Of a stretch of DNA of 64,000 nt, positions 48,338 to 57,787 are shown one piece after another. The stretch spans positions 8,053-72,052 of the forward strand of contig JACQXK010000021.1 of NCBI GenBank assembly GCA_016208765.1. Reading direction: 5' to 3'. The notes under the pieces were generated by a model. It ran no database searches, was not told where the DNA came from, and saw only the letters and a program-made list of their open reading frames with translations. The position numbers and the translations under genes are program-made. Source of the DNA: Candidatus Omnitrophota bacterium. GTDB taxonomy: Bacteria > Omnitrophota > Gorgyraeia > Gygaellales > Profunditerraquicolaceae. Positions within the stretch are counted from its first letter, which is position 1, and each line of letters starts with the position of its first letter.

Positions 48338-49783
48338 TCATTTTGCTCCCCTTGCTAACAATACAACCGGAACGGTCTTTAATAAAATTTTAAAGTCAAG
48401 CCAGAGAGACCAATTATCAATATACTCCAAATCAAGCTTCATCCATTCAGTAAAATCAGCAATATCGCTCCTTCCGCTGATCTGCCATAAACACGTAATA
48501 CCGGGGCGCATGCTCAATTTCCTCCTCTGCCAATTATCATATTTCTCCACCTCTGATGGCAATGGGGGCCTTGGGCCGACAAGGCTCATATCCCCTTTGA
48601 ACACATTCCATAATTGCGGCAATTCATCGAGGCTGTATTTCCTTAGTAACTTCCCAATGGTTGTTATTCTTGGGTCATTAGTCATTTTAAAAACTGGCCC
48701 GTCCATTTCATTGAATTCCAAAATTTCTTTAAGTCTTGACTCCGCATCGATGACCATTGTCCTGAATTTATAAAAAGTAAATTGTCTGCCGTACACACTG
48801 CATCTTTTCTGCTTGAATAAAACCGGGCCTTCAGATGTCGACTTGATAAGAACAGCCACGAGCAGAAAAACCGGGGCAAACAATATAAGTGCAATTGAGG
48901 AGGCGGTGAAATCAAAAATCCTTTTGATGAATAAATGCTCTAACTTGTATGTCGCGCCTTCAAACGTGAGCAGCGGAAATCCATGAAGGTCTGTCTGCTT
49001 GGCCTTTAACATCTTTAACTCGAAGAAGTCAGTCGCAAGATGTATGGCCAGCCCCTCGCTTTCGCAAAAATGCATTATATCATCTATCTTGTTAAGCCAG
49101 GACCGCGGGACAATAAACACAATCTCATCAACAATGTTGTTATGGATTATGTCCGGAATATCATCAAAAACACCGAGCACCCTATACCCGTCAATTTCTT
49201 TTCCTTTTTTATTCTTATCGATATCTATGAGGCCGATAATCTTTATCCCCCACTGGGGGTTATTATCTATCAAATCAATAAATGTAGCTGCTCTTTTGCC
49301 GGTTCCAACAATTAAAATGCTCCGGAATGTGAATAATGCGCCTTTGAAACTTATGCCCATTTTACTGACATGCCTGAATATTGCAATGAAAACGATCTTC
49401 TCCGAAATTATTAAGACGGTAGAAAGAGTGAATATAATGCCTATCATTAGTCTCGTGACTTGCTCTTGCAAATGAAGTACAAACACATAGCTGCCAAATA
49501 AGACAAATCCTAAAAGAGCTGTTTTGATTGTTATGATCACGACTTCAGAGATTTGTCTCAGTCCGACTCTTTTGTACATGCCGAAGTAATACAAAAGAAG
49601 GCCCCATATAAACAGCAGGACAGGTAAAAGCCCTATATAAACATTGAGCGACAATACCTTGTAGAATCCGGTGCTTTCTATCCCGGCTCTTATAACATAG
49701 CCAATAAAAAACGAAATAGTTACTATACACAAATCGGCCGACAACAAGAATTTTCTCAATGTCCTGCTCTGCTCTTTTACCAT
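48338..49783 (-). CDS. Polyprenyl-phosphate hexose-1-phosphate transferase (WbaP/WcaJ-like bacterial sugar transferase), initiating enzyme.
   Basis: The N-terminus has 4-5 TM helices. The C-terminal region is FKFRTM...DPRIT.IGKLLRKYSLDELPQLWNVFKGDMSLVGPRP. Confidence 0.9.
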   Translation of the reverse strand: MVKEQSRTLRKFLLSADLCIVTISFFIGYVIRAGIESTGFYKVLSLNVYIGLLPVLLFIWGLLLYYFGMYKRVGLRQISEVVIITIKTALLGFVLFGSYVFVLHLQEQVTRLMIGIIFTLSTVLIISEKIVFIAIFRHVSKMGISFKGALFTFRSILIVGTGKRAATFIDLIDNNPQWGIKIIGLIDIDKNKKGKEIDGYRVLGVFDDIPDIIHNNIVDEIVFIVPRSWLNKIDDIMHFCESEGLAIHLATDFFELKMLKAKQTDLHGFPLLTFEGATYKLEHLFIKRIFDFTASSIALILFAPVFLLVAVLIKSTSEGPVLFKQKRCSVYGRQFTFYKFRTMVIDAESRLKEILEFNEMDGPVFKMTNDPRITTIGKLLRKYSLDELPQLWNVFKGDMSLVGPRPPLPSEVEKYDNWQRRKLSMRPGITCLWQISGRSDIADFTEWMKLDLEYIDNWSLWLDFKILLKTVPVVLLARGAK

Positions 49784-49831
49784 AATTTACTTACAATTTT
49801 AATAAAAACCGAGTTATGTTCTTATCATCGA

Positions 49832-50947
49832 TCAAACCGGATATAATTCTCCATATAGTTTGTATATTGATCGGGCGATTTCGTCCCAATTATAATGCTT
49901 CTTCAACATTTCCAATCGGTTTATTTTTTCCTTCTCCGGAGTATCAGTTTTCAGGTAGAACAGCATCTTCTTGCTTAGCTCTTCAATATCTCCCAGCTTA
50001 AAATAGCTATCTTCACTCAAATCAATCTGAAGGTTTGCTTCAATATTGCTTGCAAGCACCTCAATCTTGAAGCTTACTGCTTCCAGAAGTACGTGCGGCA
50101 GCCCTTCAAATTTTGAAGGCAACACAAAAAGCTTCGCATTTGCAAATAAAGTCTGTAACTCTTTACCTGTCAAAAAACCAGTTAAGATGATGTTGTTAAC
50201 TTTTTTTGCCATTGATTTTATCATCTTACTGTAACTGTCTTCATGGTCAGCATCACCTGTCAAAACGAGTTTCCATCTATCGTCCCTCATGCGCTCATAT
50301 GCGCGAATAAGATCTTCTATTGCCTTTTCTGGCGTAAAACGCCCTGCGAAAAAAATATAGCCCTTCCTTTTCAGCCCATAGTTATTAAGACACTGCTCCA
50401 TTTCCTTCTCCGAAACTTCCGAATGATTGAACTCAACCCCATTTGGTATCCGAACCACCTTGTCAGTATACTGTTTCAAATATTCAAGATGTGCATTTGA
50501 AACCGCTATTATCAGATCGGCTTTAATAGCGGCTTTCTCGGAGAGTCTCCAGACGCTTTTTGCAAGCTTGCCCCATTTAGGGTATAAATAATCACGAGAT
50601 TGAAAAGTCAAAATGACCTTTATGCCAAACAGCCTGACCAGCGGTATATACAAGCCGCAGCTTAATCCATGAAAATGCGCAATATCGGGTCTCTTCAGAA
50701 TCGTGATGAGAGAGGCTATAAATCCATAGAATATTTTTTCGAGGTTTTTGGACTTCAGGGATTTAATATATATATATTTGATGTTTTCCCAGTTTTTTAT
50801 TTTTTCCTTATAATATGCAGTGATGACCAAGGCGGTGATTTCAATATTATTACGTTTAGACAGTCTACGGTATAATTCTTCACAATATTTTTCTATCCCC
50901 CCCTGAACGTTCGGAAAGCCGCGAGCCCCAATCACAAAAACTCTCAT
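49832..50947 (-). CDS. GT4 family (GT-B fold) glycosyltransferase.
   Basis: The C-terminal region FAGRFTPEKAIEDL...LPSKFEGLPHVLLEAVSFKIEVLASN is typical of GT4 enzymes. Confidence 0.85.
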   Translation of the reverse strand: MRVFVIGARGFPNVQGGIEKYCEELYRRLSKRNNIEITALVITAYYKEKIKNWENIKYIYIKSLKSKNLEKIFYGFIASLITILKRPDIAHFHGLSCGLYIPLVRLFGIKVILTFQSRDYLYPKWGKLAKSVWRLSEKAAIKADLIIAVSNAHLEYLKQYTDKVVRIPNGVEFNHSEVSEKEMEQCLNNYGLKRKGYIFFAGRFTPEKAIEDLIRAYERMRDDRWKLVLTGDADHEDSYSKMIKSMAKKVNNIILTGFLTGKELQTLFANAKLFVLPSKFEGLPHVLLEAVSFKIEVLASNIEANLQIDLSEDSYFKLGDIEELSKKMLFYLKTDTPEKEKINRLEMLKKHYNWDEIARSIYKLYGELYPV

Positions 50948-50992
50948 CTGGATTTATCGCCCGTCATCATTGAAATCTATCCACAGGTGAAA

Positions 50993-51838
50993 TTAATTAA
51001 TATGTAAAACATCCCTCAAGATCCGGATCCATTTATTTTCAAATATCCCGGAAACACGCACTTTAAATACAAACATTGGGAAGTTCCTGACCCCCACTCT
51101 TTCCAGAGCAAAAATATCGCTATCACTGGTAATGCATCCATTATTTGTTGAAAAGGCAGCAGAATATCCTGTCTCCTTTACTATATTCACTGATGTATCA
51201 TTGAAATCAAGTCCCCTTTTACCATATGGATAAGCAAAATATTTAACTTTCTTTTGAAGAATATTTTCTATTTTCAGCTTTGAACTCTCAATTTCAAATT
51301 TTGTGTTTTCATAATCAATTTCTGATAATGCCTTATGAGATACTGTATGAGCTCCGAAAGCAACTTTGTTCTCGCGCATTATTCTAATTTCCTCTTCTGT
51401 TAGTCCATAATCTTTTCCAACAAAATCTGTAGCTATAAATATCGTAACTGGGAAACCATACACTTTTATTATCTGAAATGCGCTAGTATAGTTGTCTTTC
51501 CAGCCATCATCAAAAGTAATCGCAATAACATCATTTCTTAAACAAGCTCTGTTTCTCAATATATCAATAAGATCATCCAGCGACACAACATCAAAGTTTT
51601 TCCTTAAGTAAGCCATTTGGTTTTTAAAGGTTTCTAATTTGACTGATATAGGCGCATCCTCATTGCCGTCATGAATACGATGGTATGTCAGTACAAGGAT
51701 GATATAGCGTTTTAAAAGATGTTTGCGCAGATAACTATAGAGCGGAACCGTGCCGGAACAATACAATAATAATGAAAGCAGCGCACCAATATTCCACGCT
51801 ATCTTATATCTTATTTCTGTGTACTTTCTGCTTCTCAA
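50993..51838 (-). CDS. CE4 polysaccharide deacetylase (NodB homology domain).
   Basis: AITFDDGWKDNY and an HTVSH-like region are present. There is an N-terminal TM anchor. Confidence 0.8.
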   Translation of the reverse strand: MRSRKYTEIRYKIAWNIGALLSLLLYCSGTVPLYSYLRKHLLKRYIILVLTYHRIHDGNEDAPISVKLETFKNQMAYLRKNFDVVSLDDLIDILRNRACLRNDVIAITFDDGWKDNYTSAFQIIKVYGFPVTIFIATDFVGKDYGLTEEEIRIMRENKVAFGAHTVSHKALSEIDYENTKFEIESSKLKIENILQKKVKYFAYPYGKRGLDFNDTSVNIVKETGYSAAFSTNNGCITSDSDIFALERVGVRNFPMFVFKVRVSGIFENKWIRILRDVLHIN

Positions 51839-51891
51839 GTCTCTTGGTTATTCAAATCATCAAACCTAAATTTCAGATCGATCGAAGCTGG

Positions 51892-52854
51892 CTAATACCC
51901 TTTGTAATGTGCTATGACATCTTTAATAATGTCGTCAAGCGAGTATTTGGGACTGAACCCGATCAGCCTTTTTATTTTTGTAAGGTCAGGAGCCCGTCTC
52001 ATCATATCTTCAAAGCCTTCTTCGTAAGCTTCATCATACGAGATATACTGTATCTCAGATTTACTGCCCGTAACTTTTTTGATTTTTCTTGCAAGATCTT
52101 CAATAGATACTTCCTCGTCATTTCCGAGATTAATAACTTCCCCTACAACGTCTTTTATCTGATTAATCTTAACGAGTGCTTCAACCGCATCTTTAACATG
52201 AGTGAAACACCTTGATTGTTTTCCGTCGCCGAAAATCGTTATCGGCTTGTTCTGCAGCGCCTGTTTGACAAAACGTGGAATAACCATACCATACCTGCCC
52301 GTCTGCTTCGGCCCTACAATATTAAAAAACCTTACCACCACCACCGGAAGCTCTTTCTCCTTCCAGTAAGCTAATCCCAAAAATTCATCCAACGCCTTTG
52401 AACACGCATAGCTCCATCTGCCTTTTGTAGTAGAGCCCAAAACAAGATCGCCGTCTTCACTAAATAATTTCTGTGAGCTTTTGCCATAAACTTCAGATGT
52501 TGACGCTATAATAACTTTTTTATTTTTCTTGTTCGCATGTTTAAGAACCTCCTCCGTGCCTTTTACATTAGTCTCGATAGTACGGACGGGGCTTTCGACA
52601 ATAAGCATAACGCCTACAGCAGCTGCAAGATGAAACACGGTATCACATTTATCGATAAGCTCTGCAAGAACAGGTGAGTTCATTATGGTATCGATTACAT
52701 AATGAAAACCTTTGCGTTTTTTTAAATGTTCTATATTCTCAATACTGCCGGTTGAGAGGTCATCAATGACATAGACTTGATGTCCCTCTTCAAGCAGTTT
52801 CTCTGCAAGATGAGAGCCTATAAATCCGGCCCCGCCTGTAATGAGTATTTTCAC
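51892..52854 (-). CDS. NAD-dependent epimerase/dehydratase (extended SDR; UXS/ArnA-C-terminus-like or 4-epimerase).
   Basis: KILITGGAGFIGSHL, STSEVYGK and YACSKALDE (YxxxK) are present. Confidence 0.85.
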   Translation of the reverse strand: MKILITGGAGFIGSHLAEKLLEEGHQVYVIDDLSTGSIENIEHLKKRKGFHYVIDTIMNSPVLAELIDKCDTVFHLAAAVGVMLIVESPVRTIETNVKGTEEVLKHANKKNKKVIIASTSEVYGKSSQKLFSEDGDLVLGSTTKGRWSYACSKALDEFLGLAYWKEKELPVVVVRFFNIVGPKQTGRYGMVIPRFVKQALQNKPITIFGDGKQSRCFTHVKDAVEALVKINQIKDVVGEVINLGNDEEVSIEDLARKIKKVTGSKSEIQYISYDEAYEEGFEDMMRRAPDLTKIKRLIGFSPKYSLDDIIKDVIAHYKGY

Positions 52855-54173
52855 GTTGTTCCCCTTTCCAATTTTGAGCTTTCAGATATTTGTTTATATA
52901 TTACCATTAATCTCTGATAATGCCTTTCCTGATTCAGTTCTTCCTCATAAAATTCTCTGGCTTTTTTACCCATTTCGCCGGCCATGCCAGGATGATCCAT
53001 AAAATATTCAATTACTGAGCTCAATTCATTTGCATCTCCTGGTTGAAAGAGCAAGCCTCTTTCATGATCTCTAACAAGTTCCGGAATGCCACCAATTCTT
53101 GAACCGATCACGGGCCTGCCCAATGCGAATGCCTCTATCACTGACATGGGATTATTTTCATACCACTCCGATGGAAGTACAACTGCAAGGCTATTTCTAA
53201 TCTCCCGGTATACATCCTTACGCTTTAAGTATCCTGCAAAGTTAACATTATTGATCTGTTCCGCTTTGACTTTTTCCTGAAGCTTTTCCATCAAGGGGCC
53301 GTCCCCTATAATATTGATCCGCACCTTACTGCCCCTGTCCAAGAGGGATTTTGCAGCATCGAGAAGAGTAATCAGTCCTTTTTCCTGAGATAGTCTTCCA
53401 ATATAGGAGATTGCGTTTTTCATATTATCGCTGCAACTTTCTCCAGCAATATCATCCTGCTCATTAATATCCAAAAAATTATATAGCTGCACTATATTTT
53501 TGTTAAAGCCAGCTCCTTCAAGTTTTTCTTTAAGAAAAAGACTTGGTGTAATAAAGACATCCACGCTGTCGTATATACCAAGGATTCCATGATGAAGATA
53601 CATTTCCAGGAATGCAATAGCGCTTTTGGCAAGTGAATCTTTCACGCATCTTTTTTTAATTGCCATATAATAACTTCCTTGACGACAGGCCTCGCAAATC
53701 TTCCCTTCAGCAAACATGTAATATGAAGTGCAAACCATCTTAAAATCATGAAGCGTCATAACAACAGGTATTGCTCTTTTCTTTAATTCATGGAGAATCG
53801 AAGGGGAAATATGATAACAAATATCATGAAGATGGGCTATATCTACGGGATATCTGTCTAATAATTTGGATAGGTTTCTCCTTGCCTTTAACGAATAAAG
53901 GATTCTCCATGCGATTCTGAACTGGTTTAATATGCTGTGCTGATCAGTTAATTCCACATAAGGCACAAAATACTCTTCTGTACTACAGGAGAGGTTTTCG
54001 GGATGATGCATTGAGAAAAACAAAACATTATGACCGTGTTTTCTTAAAAGTTCTGCAGACTTTAAATACACTGTTTCCGGCCCAGCCCTGTAATAATGAT
54101 ATTTGTTAATCAGAAGAACGTTCATTTTTATGTTATCGTTATCTAAATAATCTATGCATTGGTTCCATTTCAA
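52851..54173 (-). CDS. GT4 family glycosyltransferase.
   Basis: The C-terminal region is VLPSEWYENNPMSVIEAFALGRPVIGSRIGGIPELV. The probable true start is the internal Met (MNVLLINKYHYY). Confidence 0.85.
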   Translation of the reverse strand: MKWNQCIDYLDNDNIKMNVLLINKYHYYRAGPETVYLKSAELLRKHGHNVLFFSMHHPENLSCSTEEYFVPYVELTDQHSILNQFRIAWRILYSLKARRNLSKLLDRYPVDIAHLHDICYHISPSILHELKKRAIPVVMTLHDFKMVCTSYYMFAEGKICEACRQGSYYMAIKKRCVKDSLAKSAIAFLEMYLHHGILGIYDSVDVFITPSLFLKEKLEGAGFNKNIVQLYNFLDINEQDDIAGESCSDNMKNAISYIGRLSQEKGLITLLDAAKSLLDRGSKVRINIIGDGPLMEKLQEKVKAEQINNVNFAGYLKRKDVYREIRNSLAVVLPSEWYENNPMSVIEAFALGRPVIGSRIGGIPELVRDHERGLLFQPGDANELSSVIEYFMDHPGMAGEMGKKAREFYEEELNQERHYQRLMVIYKQISESSKLERGTT

Positions 54174-54211
54174 TTAATGAAAAACCAGGTTGAAGAGATT
54201 GACTGACATGA

Positions 54212-55489
54212 TTACAACCGAAGATCAGGGGTATTAGCTGCAATGGTTGCGACTTTTTTCAATGCATTTGCGCATTGCCGAATATACTTTTCAGATACTT
54301 TTGTGAATGCCGGAAGACTCAATAATCTGTCAGCGACCTTCTCTGCAACCGGGAACGTACCAGCACTGTAGTTTTTTTGTCGAGTGCTGTTTACTCGCCC
54401 AACGCATCCGCCAAACCGGGAATAGTCCAGGTCCGCAAACAATGCGGCTTGAGGTAAAATCCTTCCAGGCGTTCCGCCAATTGAACTATAACGGTCAACA
54501 GCCACAGGCACACCTTCCGCCTGCGCAGCTTTAGCAAACGCCGCATGATTCCATCCTCCTGCGTGTTCAGGATAATAACACAGTATAAATTCCAGAAAGC
54601 CGCCACGTTCGGCTTCAGGATACGATTCGATTAAATGCACAGCCTTGCATCCTTTTAGTTCATCATTGAGTATTTGGTAATTGCGCTTCCTTCTCTCGTT
54701 AAGCTCTTGCAAACGGTCTAATGAGCCGAGCGCAAGCAAAACACCGAAAAGATGAGGACGATACTTCAATCCAAGGCAAAGCCCGTCTGTTTGAAAAGAT
54801 TTCTCTTTCTGATCAGTATCGATCCTGCCATAGTGGCCCAGAATAAGCATCCGGTCATATAATTTCGGATCATTAGTCACGGCAATTCCAAGCTCTCCGC
54901 CACTGACTGGCTTATCGCCCTGCATGCTGAAACAACCGATATCCCCCCAACTGCCAACCGGTTTCCCTTTATAGACGGCCCCGTGAGCATGCGACGCATC
55001 CTCAATCAGCGCTACCTTATGCTTTCTTGCAATCTCGACAAATCTGTCCATTTTTGCCGGATTGCCCCATACGTGTACAACACAAATTGCCCGTGTCCGT
55101 TCCGTGATCCTCCGCTCCACATCATCCGGGTCAGCAGTCAAAGTACGTTCGTCAATATCGCAAAATACAGGAGTACCGCCCAATTGCAAAACCGGCGCAG
55201 CCGAAGCAAAAAACGTGTAAGCAGGCACAATCACTTCATCCCCGGGCTGAACTCCGACAGCAAAGAAAGCACTGTGGAGCGTCGCGGTCCCACTATTCAT
55301 TACCAGAGCATATTCAGTACCGGTAAGACGGCAAAAGCCTTCTTCAAGCCTGGAAACCGGGCCGCCTGACTCTGCCTGCGTGGTTTTCCCCAAAGCAGCA
55401 TATATCGCAATTTTTAGAATATCTTTAACTCCAACCTTGCGCCAACGATCAAGGGACATTCCCCTTACAAGCCGCTGTCCGCCAAACAT
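54212..55489 (-). CDS. DegT/DnrJ/EryC1/StrS family aminotransferase. The start is assigned to the internal Met.
   Basis: MNSGTATLHSAFFAVGVQPGDEVIVPAYTF and DASHAHGAVYKGKPVGSWGDIGCFS are present. The longest ORF (to 55738) overlaps the upstream gene by 200 bp. I prefer Met84, whose codon is at 55487..55489. Confidence 0.8.
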   Translation of the reverse strand: MFGGQRLVRGMSLDRWRKVGVKDILKIAIYAALGKTTQAESGGPVSRLEEGFCRLTGTEYALVMNSGTATLHSAFFAVGVQPGDEVIVPAYTFFASAAPVLQLGGTPVFCDIDERTLTADPDDVERRITERTRAICVVHVWGNPAKMDRFVEIARKHKVALIEDASHAHGAVYKGKPVGSWGDIGCFSMQGDKPVSGGELGIAVTNDPKLYDRMLILGHYGRIDTDQKEKSFQTDGLCLGLKYRPHLFGVLLALGSLDRLQELNERRKRNYQILNDELKGCKAVHLIESYPEAERGGFLEFILCYYPEHAGGWNHAAFAKAAQAEGVPVAVDRYSSIGGTPGRILPQAALFADLDYSRFGGCVGRVNSTRQKNYSAGTFPVAEKVADRLLSLPAFTKVSEKYIRQCANALKKVATIAANTPDLRL

Positions 55490-55538
55490 AGCTAATTGTC
55501 TGGCACTGTAAGCAGCTCCGTTTTTCTGCTCCGTTGAT

Positions 55539-56732
55539 TTAGTATGATTTACGTTTTTGGTATTCACTGGCAGTAATCCCTTTATAAAATGGAGTAGATT
55601 TCTGAAGAGGCAACGATACGCTCTCTCCCATAATTGCTGATGTGTATATAGCTGTGCATAATTCCAGCGACCTGCGCGCATCTTCCGCAGAAACAGGCAC
55701 TTCACCGTCTTCATCCAACGCATCCAGGAAAGCCTCAATTAAAGTTTTGTGCAGTGGGGGTTCTCCAACTATTTGAAAATTGATTCCTAATTTCGGCAAA
55801 ATCTTTCTCAGCACTTTTGCTGGAATGCCGTCAGCGCCGAACTGACTTCTTATTTTTCCGGTCAAAGAGGACACCAATCCCTGATTCTGGAATCCAGAAA
55901 TCAGCTTCGCCTCAACCATTGCTCTTGTCATTGCGCGCAAATGCCTGCTGTCCTTGGAGCAGAGCGTCCATGGAAAGTGCGCAGAAGCCATGTCTCCAAT
56001 CACATCAAACTGGGTCTTAAGCCTGTGAGCATTAATCGTGGCAGAACAATTTACAAGAGCTCCGTTTTCAAATTCAACTGTAGCAACAAAAGAGTCCTCT
56101 GATTCGATGTTCTGTTGAAATGTGTCCATCCTTGCATAAACTGATACCGGTTTGCCAAAGATGTTAAGCATGATATCCAACTGATGGATAAACTGTGTCA
56201 TTACCACGCCGCCTCCGGCAATGTCCCATTTACCCCACCAGTCACTTACGGCGCTCATCGGCGTCACGCGCAGGAAATTGCCGCTCTGCAGTTTACCCAT
56301 CATGCCCCTGTCACGCAGCCATATAACCCGTTGAACCGCCGGCATATACCGGACCTGATAACATACCGCAAGTTTATTCGGGCGCTTCGCCGCGTACTCG
56401 ATTATCCGGTCTGCCGACTCCAGTGTGTGCGCAAGCGGTTTCTCACAGATGACGTGCTTGCCGGCATTAAGCGACTCAAAGACTAATTCTTCATGTGTTG
56501 AAGGAGGAGTAGCGACCACTATAATGTCAATGTCAGACCTCTTAAGCAACTCCTTATAATCAGTATATGTAAATGGCACGAAAAAACGGTTGCTCGCACG
56601 CTTCAGTCTGGCACTGTCAATATCCGACAGACCAATAAACCTGGCACGGCTTTTCAAAGCTTGAAGTGACAGCGCGTGATCGCTCAGTATCTCTCCGGCG
56701 CCGATGATACCAAATCCATATACTTTTTTCAT
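55539..56732 (-). CDS. Gfo/Idh/MocA family NAD-dependent oxidoreductase (WbpB/GnnA-like sugar 3-dehydrogenase candidate).
   Basis: FGIIGAGEI and EKPLA are present. 397 aa. Confidence 0.8.
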   Translation of the reverse strand: MKKVYGFGIIGAGEILSDHALSLQALKSRARFIGLSDIDSARLKRASNRFFVPFTYTDYKELLKRSDIDIIVVATPPSTHEELVFESLNAGKHVICEKPLAHTLESADRIIEYAAKRPNKLAVCYQVRYMPAVQRVIWLRDRGMMGKLQSGNFLRVTPMSAVSDWWGKWDIAGGGVVMTQFIHQLDIMLNIFGKPVSVYARMDTFQQNIESEDSFVATVEFENGALVNCSATINAHRLKTQFDVIGDMASAHFPWTLCSKDSRHLRAMTRAMVEAKLISGFQNQGLVSSLTGKIRSQFGADGIPAKVLRKILPKLGINFQIVGEPPLHKTLIEAFLDALDEDGEVPVSAEDARRSLELCTAIYTSAIMGESVSLPLQKSTPFYKGITASEYQKRKSY

Positions 56733-56776
56733 TGTCTTCCTTTCAATAAGATTTCCACCAAACTTACTTTATGTGA

Positions 56777-57661
56777 TTATGCACAGTTACAGCGTCCAAA
56801 AATTCGCTGCTTCAAGGCTCCTGCATTGGCGCGAGCCTTAACAGGCAATCCTGCAAACCAGCGCTTTAGTCTTAATGATAGACCTGCCTCGTCAGGCTGT
56901 TCTGTGTCTATCTTCCTCCATACGCCTTTGTCGGTCCTCCATTCAGGAAACCAGCGGTCCATATCCGCTCCGCAAATCAGCTCAAAAGATTTTCTCATTT
57001 CCTCATCCCATCCCTCCCAGTACCTTACCGGCTGATAGGCGATATTCAGTTTCTCGACCAACACCTTGCGTTCACCCCGCAGATCGAGGAACTTCGCAAT
57101 CTGCGGCATTGTTGTCTTTAACCTGTCGAGCCGCACCTTCATCCATCGCCCGCTGTCAAGGCTATGTATATGCGTCTCTATAACAAGGTTATATTTCTTC
57201 CAAAGCCAGCAGCATTTTTCAAAACGATTCATCTGTTCCCATTCCTGAAGGGGAAAATCTCCGGTCCGGTCGCCTTGAAGACGGCCTTTTTTCCATTCCT
57301 CCGGGACCTTTGGATCATCGGGATCGAACCAGCCGCGATAATACATTGATGCCACCACATCACGTCCGTCACGTATAAGCCATATGTATTTAGCAGACGG
57401 AAATACCTTCTCAATAACAGGGACAAGCAAACTCAATTGAAGATTTACTTCGCCGTATATTTTATTGATTGATTTCTTAACCCGGGTTGAACGAAGCACT
57501 TCGGCGACTTGTTCTTCAGGGTATTCGCCATAATAGTACTGTGTCGCTTCAATAACAAGTTCAGGTTCAGGATGATGGAAACATGTACAATTACTGAAGC
57601 TGTTAAGAGCAGTGGCAATTGTCCTGCTGCCGCTCCGTCCGGAACTTAGTACAAAAAACAT
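56777..57661 (-). CDS. Stf0-like sulfotransferase (P-loop sulfotransferase domain).
   Basis: The N-terminus is FFVLSSGRSGSRTIATAL (5'-PSB-like). The RDGRDVVASMYYRGW region is 3'-PB-like. Confidence 0.55.
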   Translation of the reverse strand: MFFVLSSGRSGSRTIATALNSFSNCTCFHHPEPELVIEATQYYYGEYPEEQVAEVLRSTRVKKSINKIYGEVNLQLSLLVPVIEKVFPSAKYIWLIRDGRDVVASMYYRGWFDPDDPKVPEEWKKGRLQGDRTGDFPLQEWEQMNRFEKCCWLWKKYNLVIETHIHSLDSGRWMKVRLDRLKTTMPQIAKFLDLRGERKVLVEKLNIAYQPVRYWEGWDEEMRKSFELICGADMDRWFPEWRTDKGVWRKIDTEQPDEAGLSLRLKRWFAGLPVKARANAGALKQRIFGRCNCA

Positions 57662-57787
57662 GCATGCCTCTCTTTGGTCAGATATATTTTGAATGGCAAT
57701 AAATTGTTATAGAGCATATGTAAGAATACCAGTCCCAGGAAACAATTTCAGCCCATCTGTCACTTTCACATTAAGAGTGTTCAACGG

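Noticed and set aside
54212-55738. Full-length 508-aa aminotransferase as listed in the ORF track.
   Set aside because: The first 83 codons overlap the upstream Gfo/Idh/MocA gene by 200 bp and have no family similarity. The internal Met at 55489 is preferred.
44060-57661. Calling the decoration genes a bona fide nod (lipochitooligosaccharide) cluster.
   Set aside because: There is no NodC-like processive chitin-oligosaccharide synthase and no NodA acyltransferase. The GT2s present are small Dpm1-like enzymes. Only the analogy is retained.
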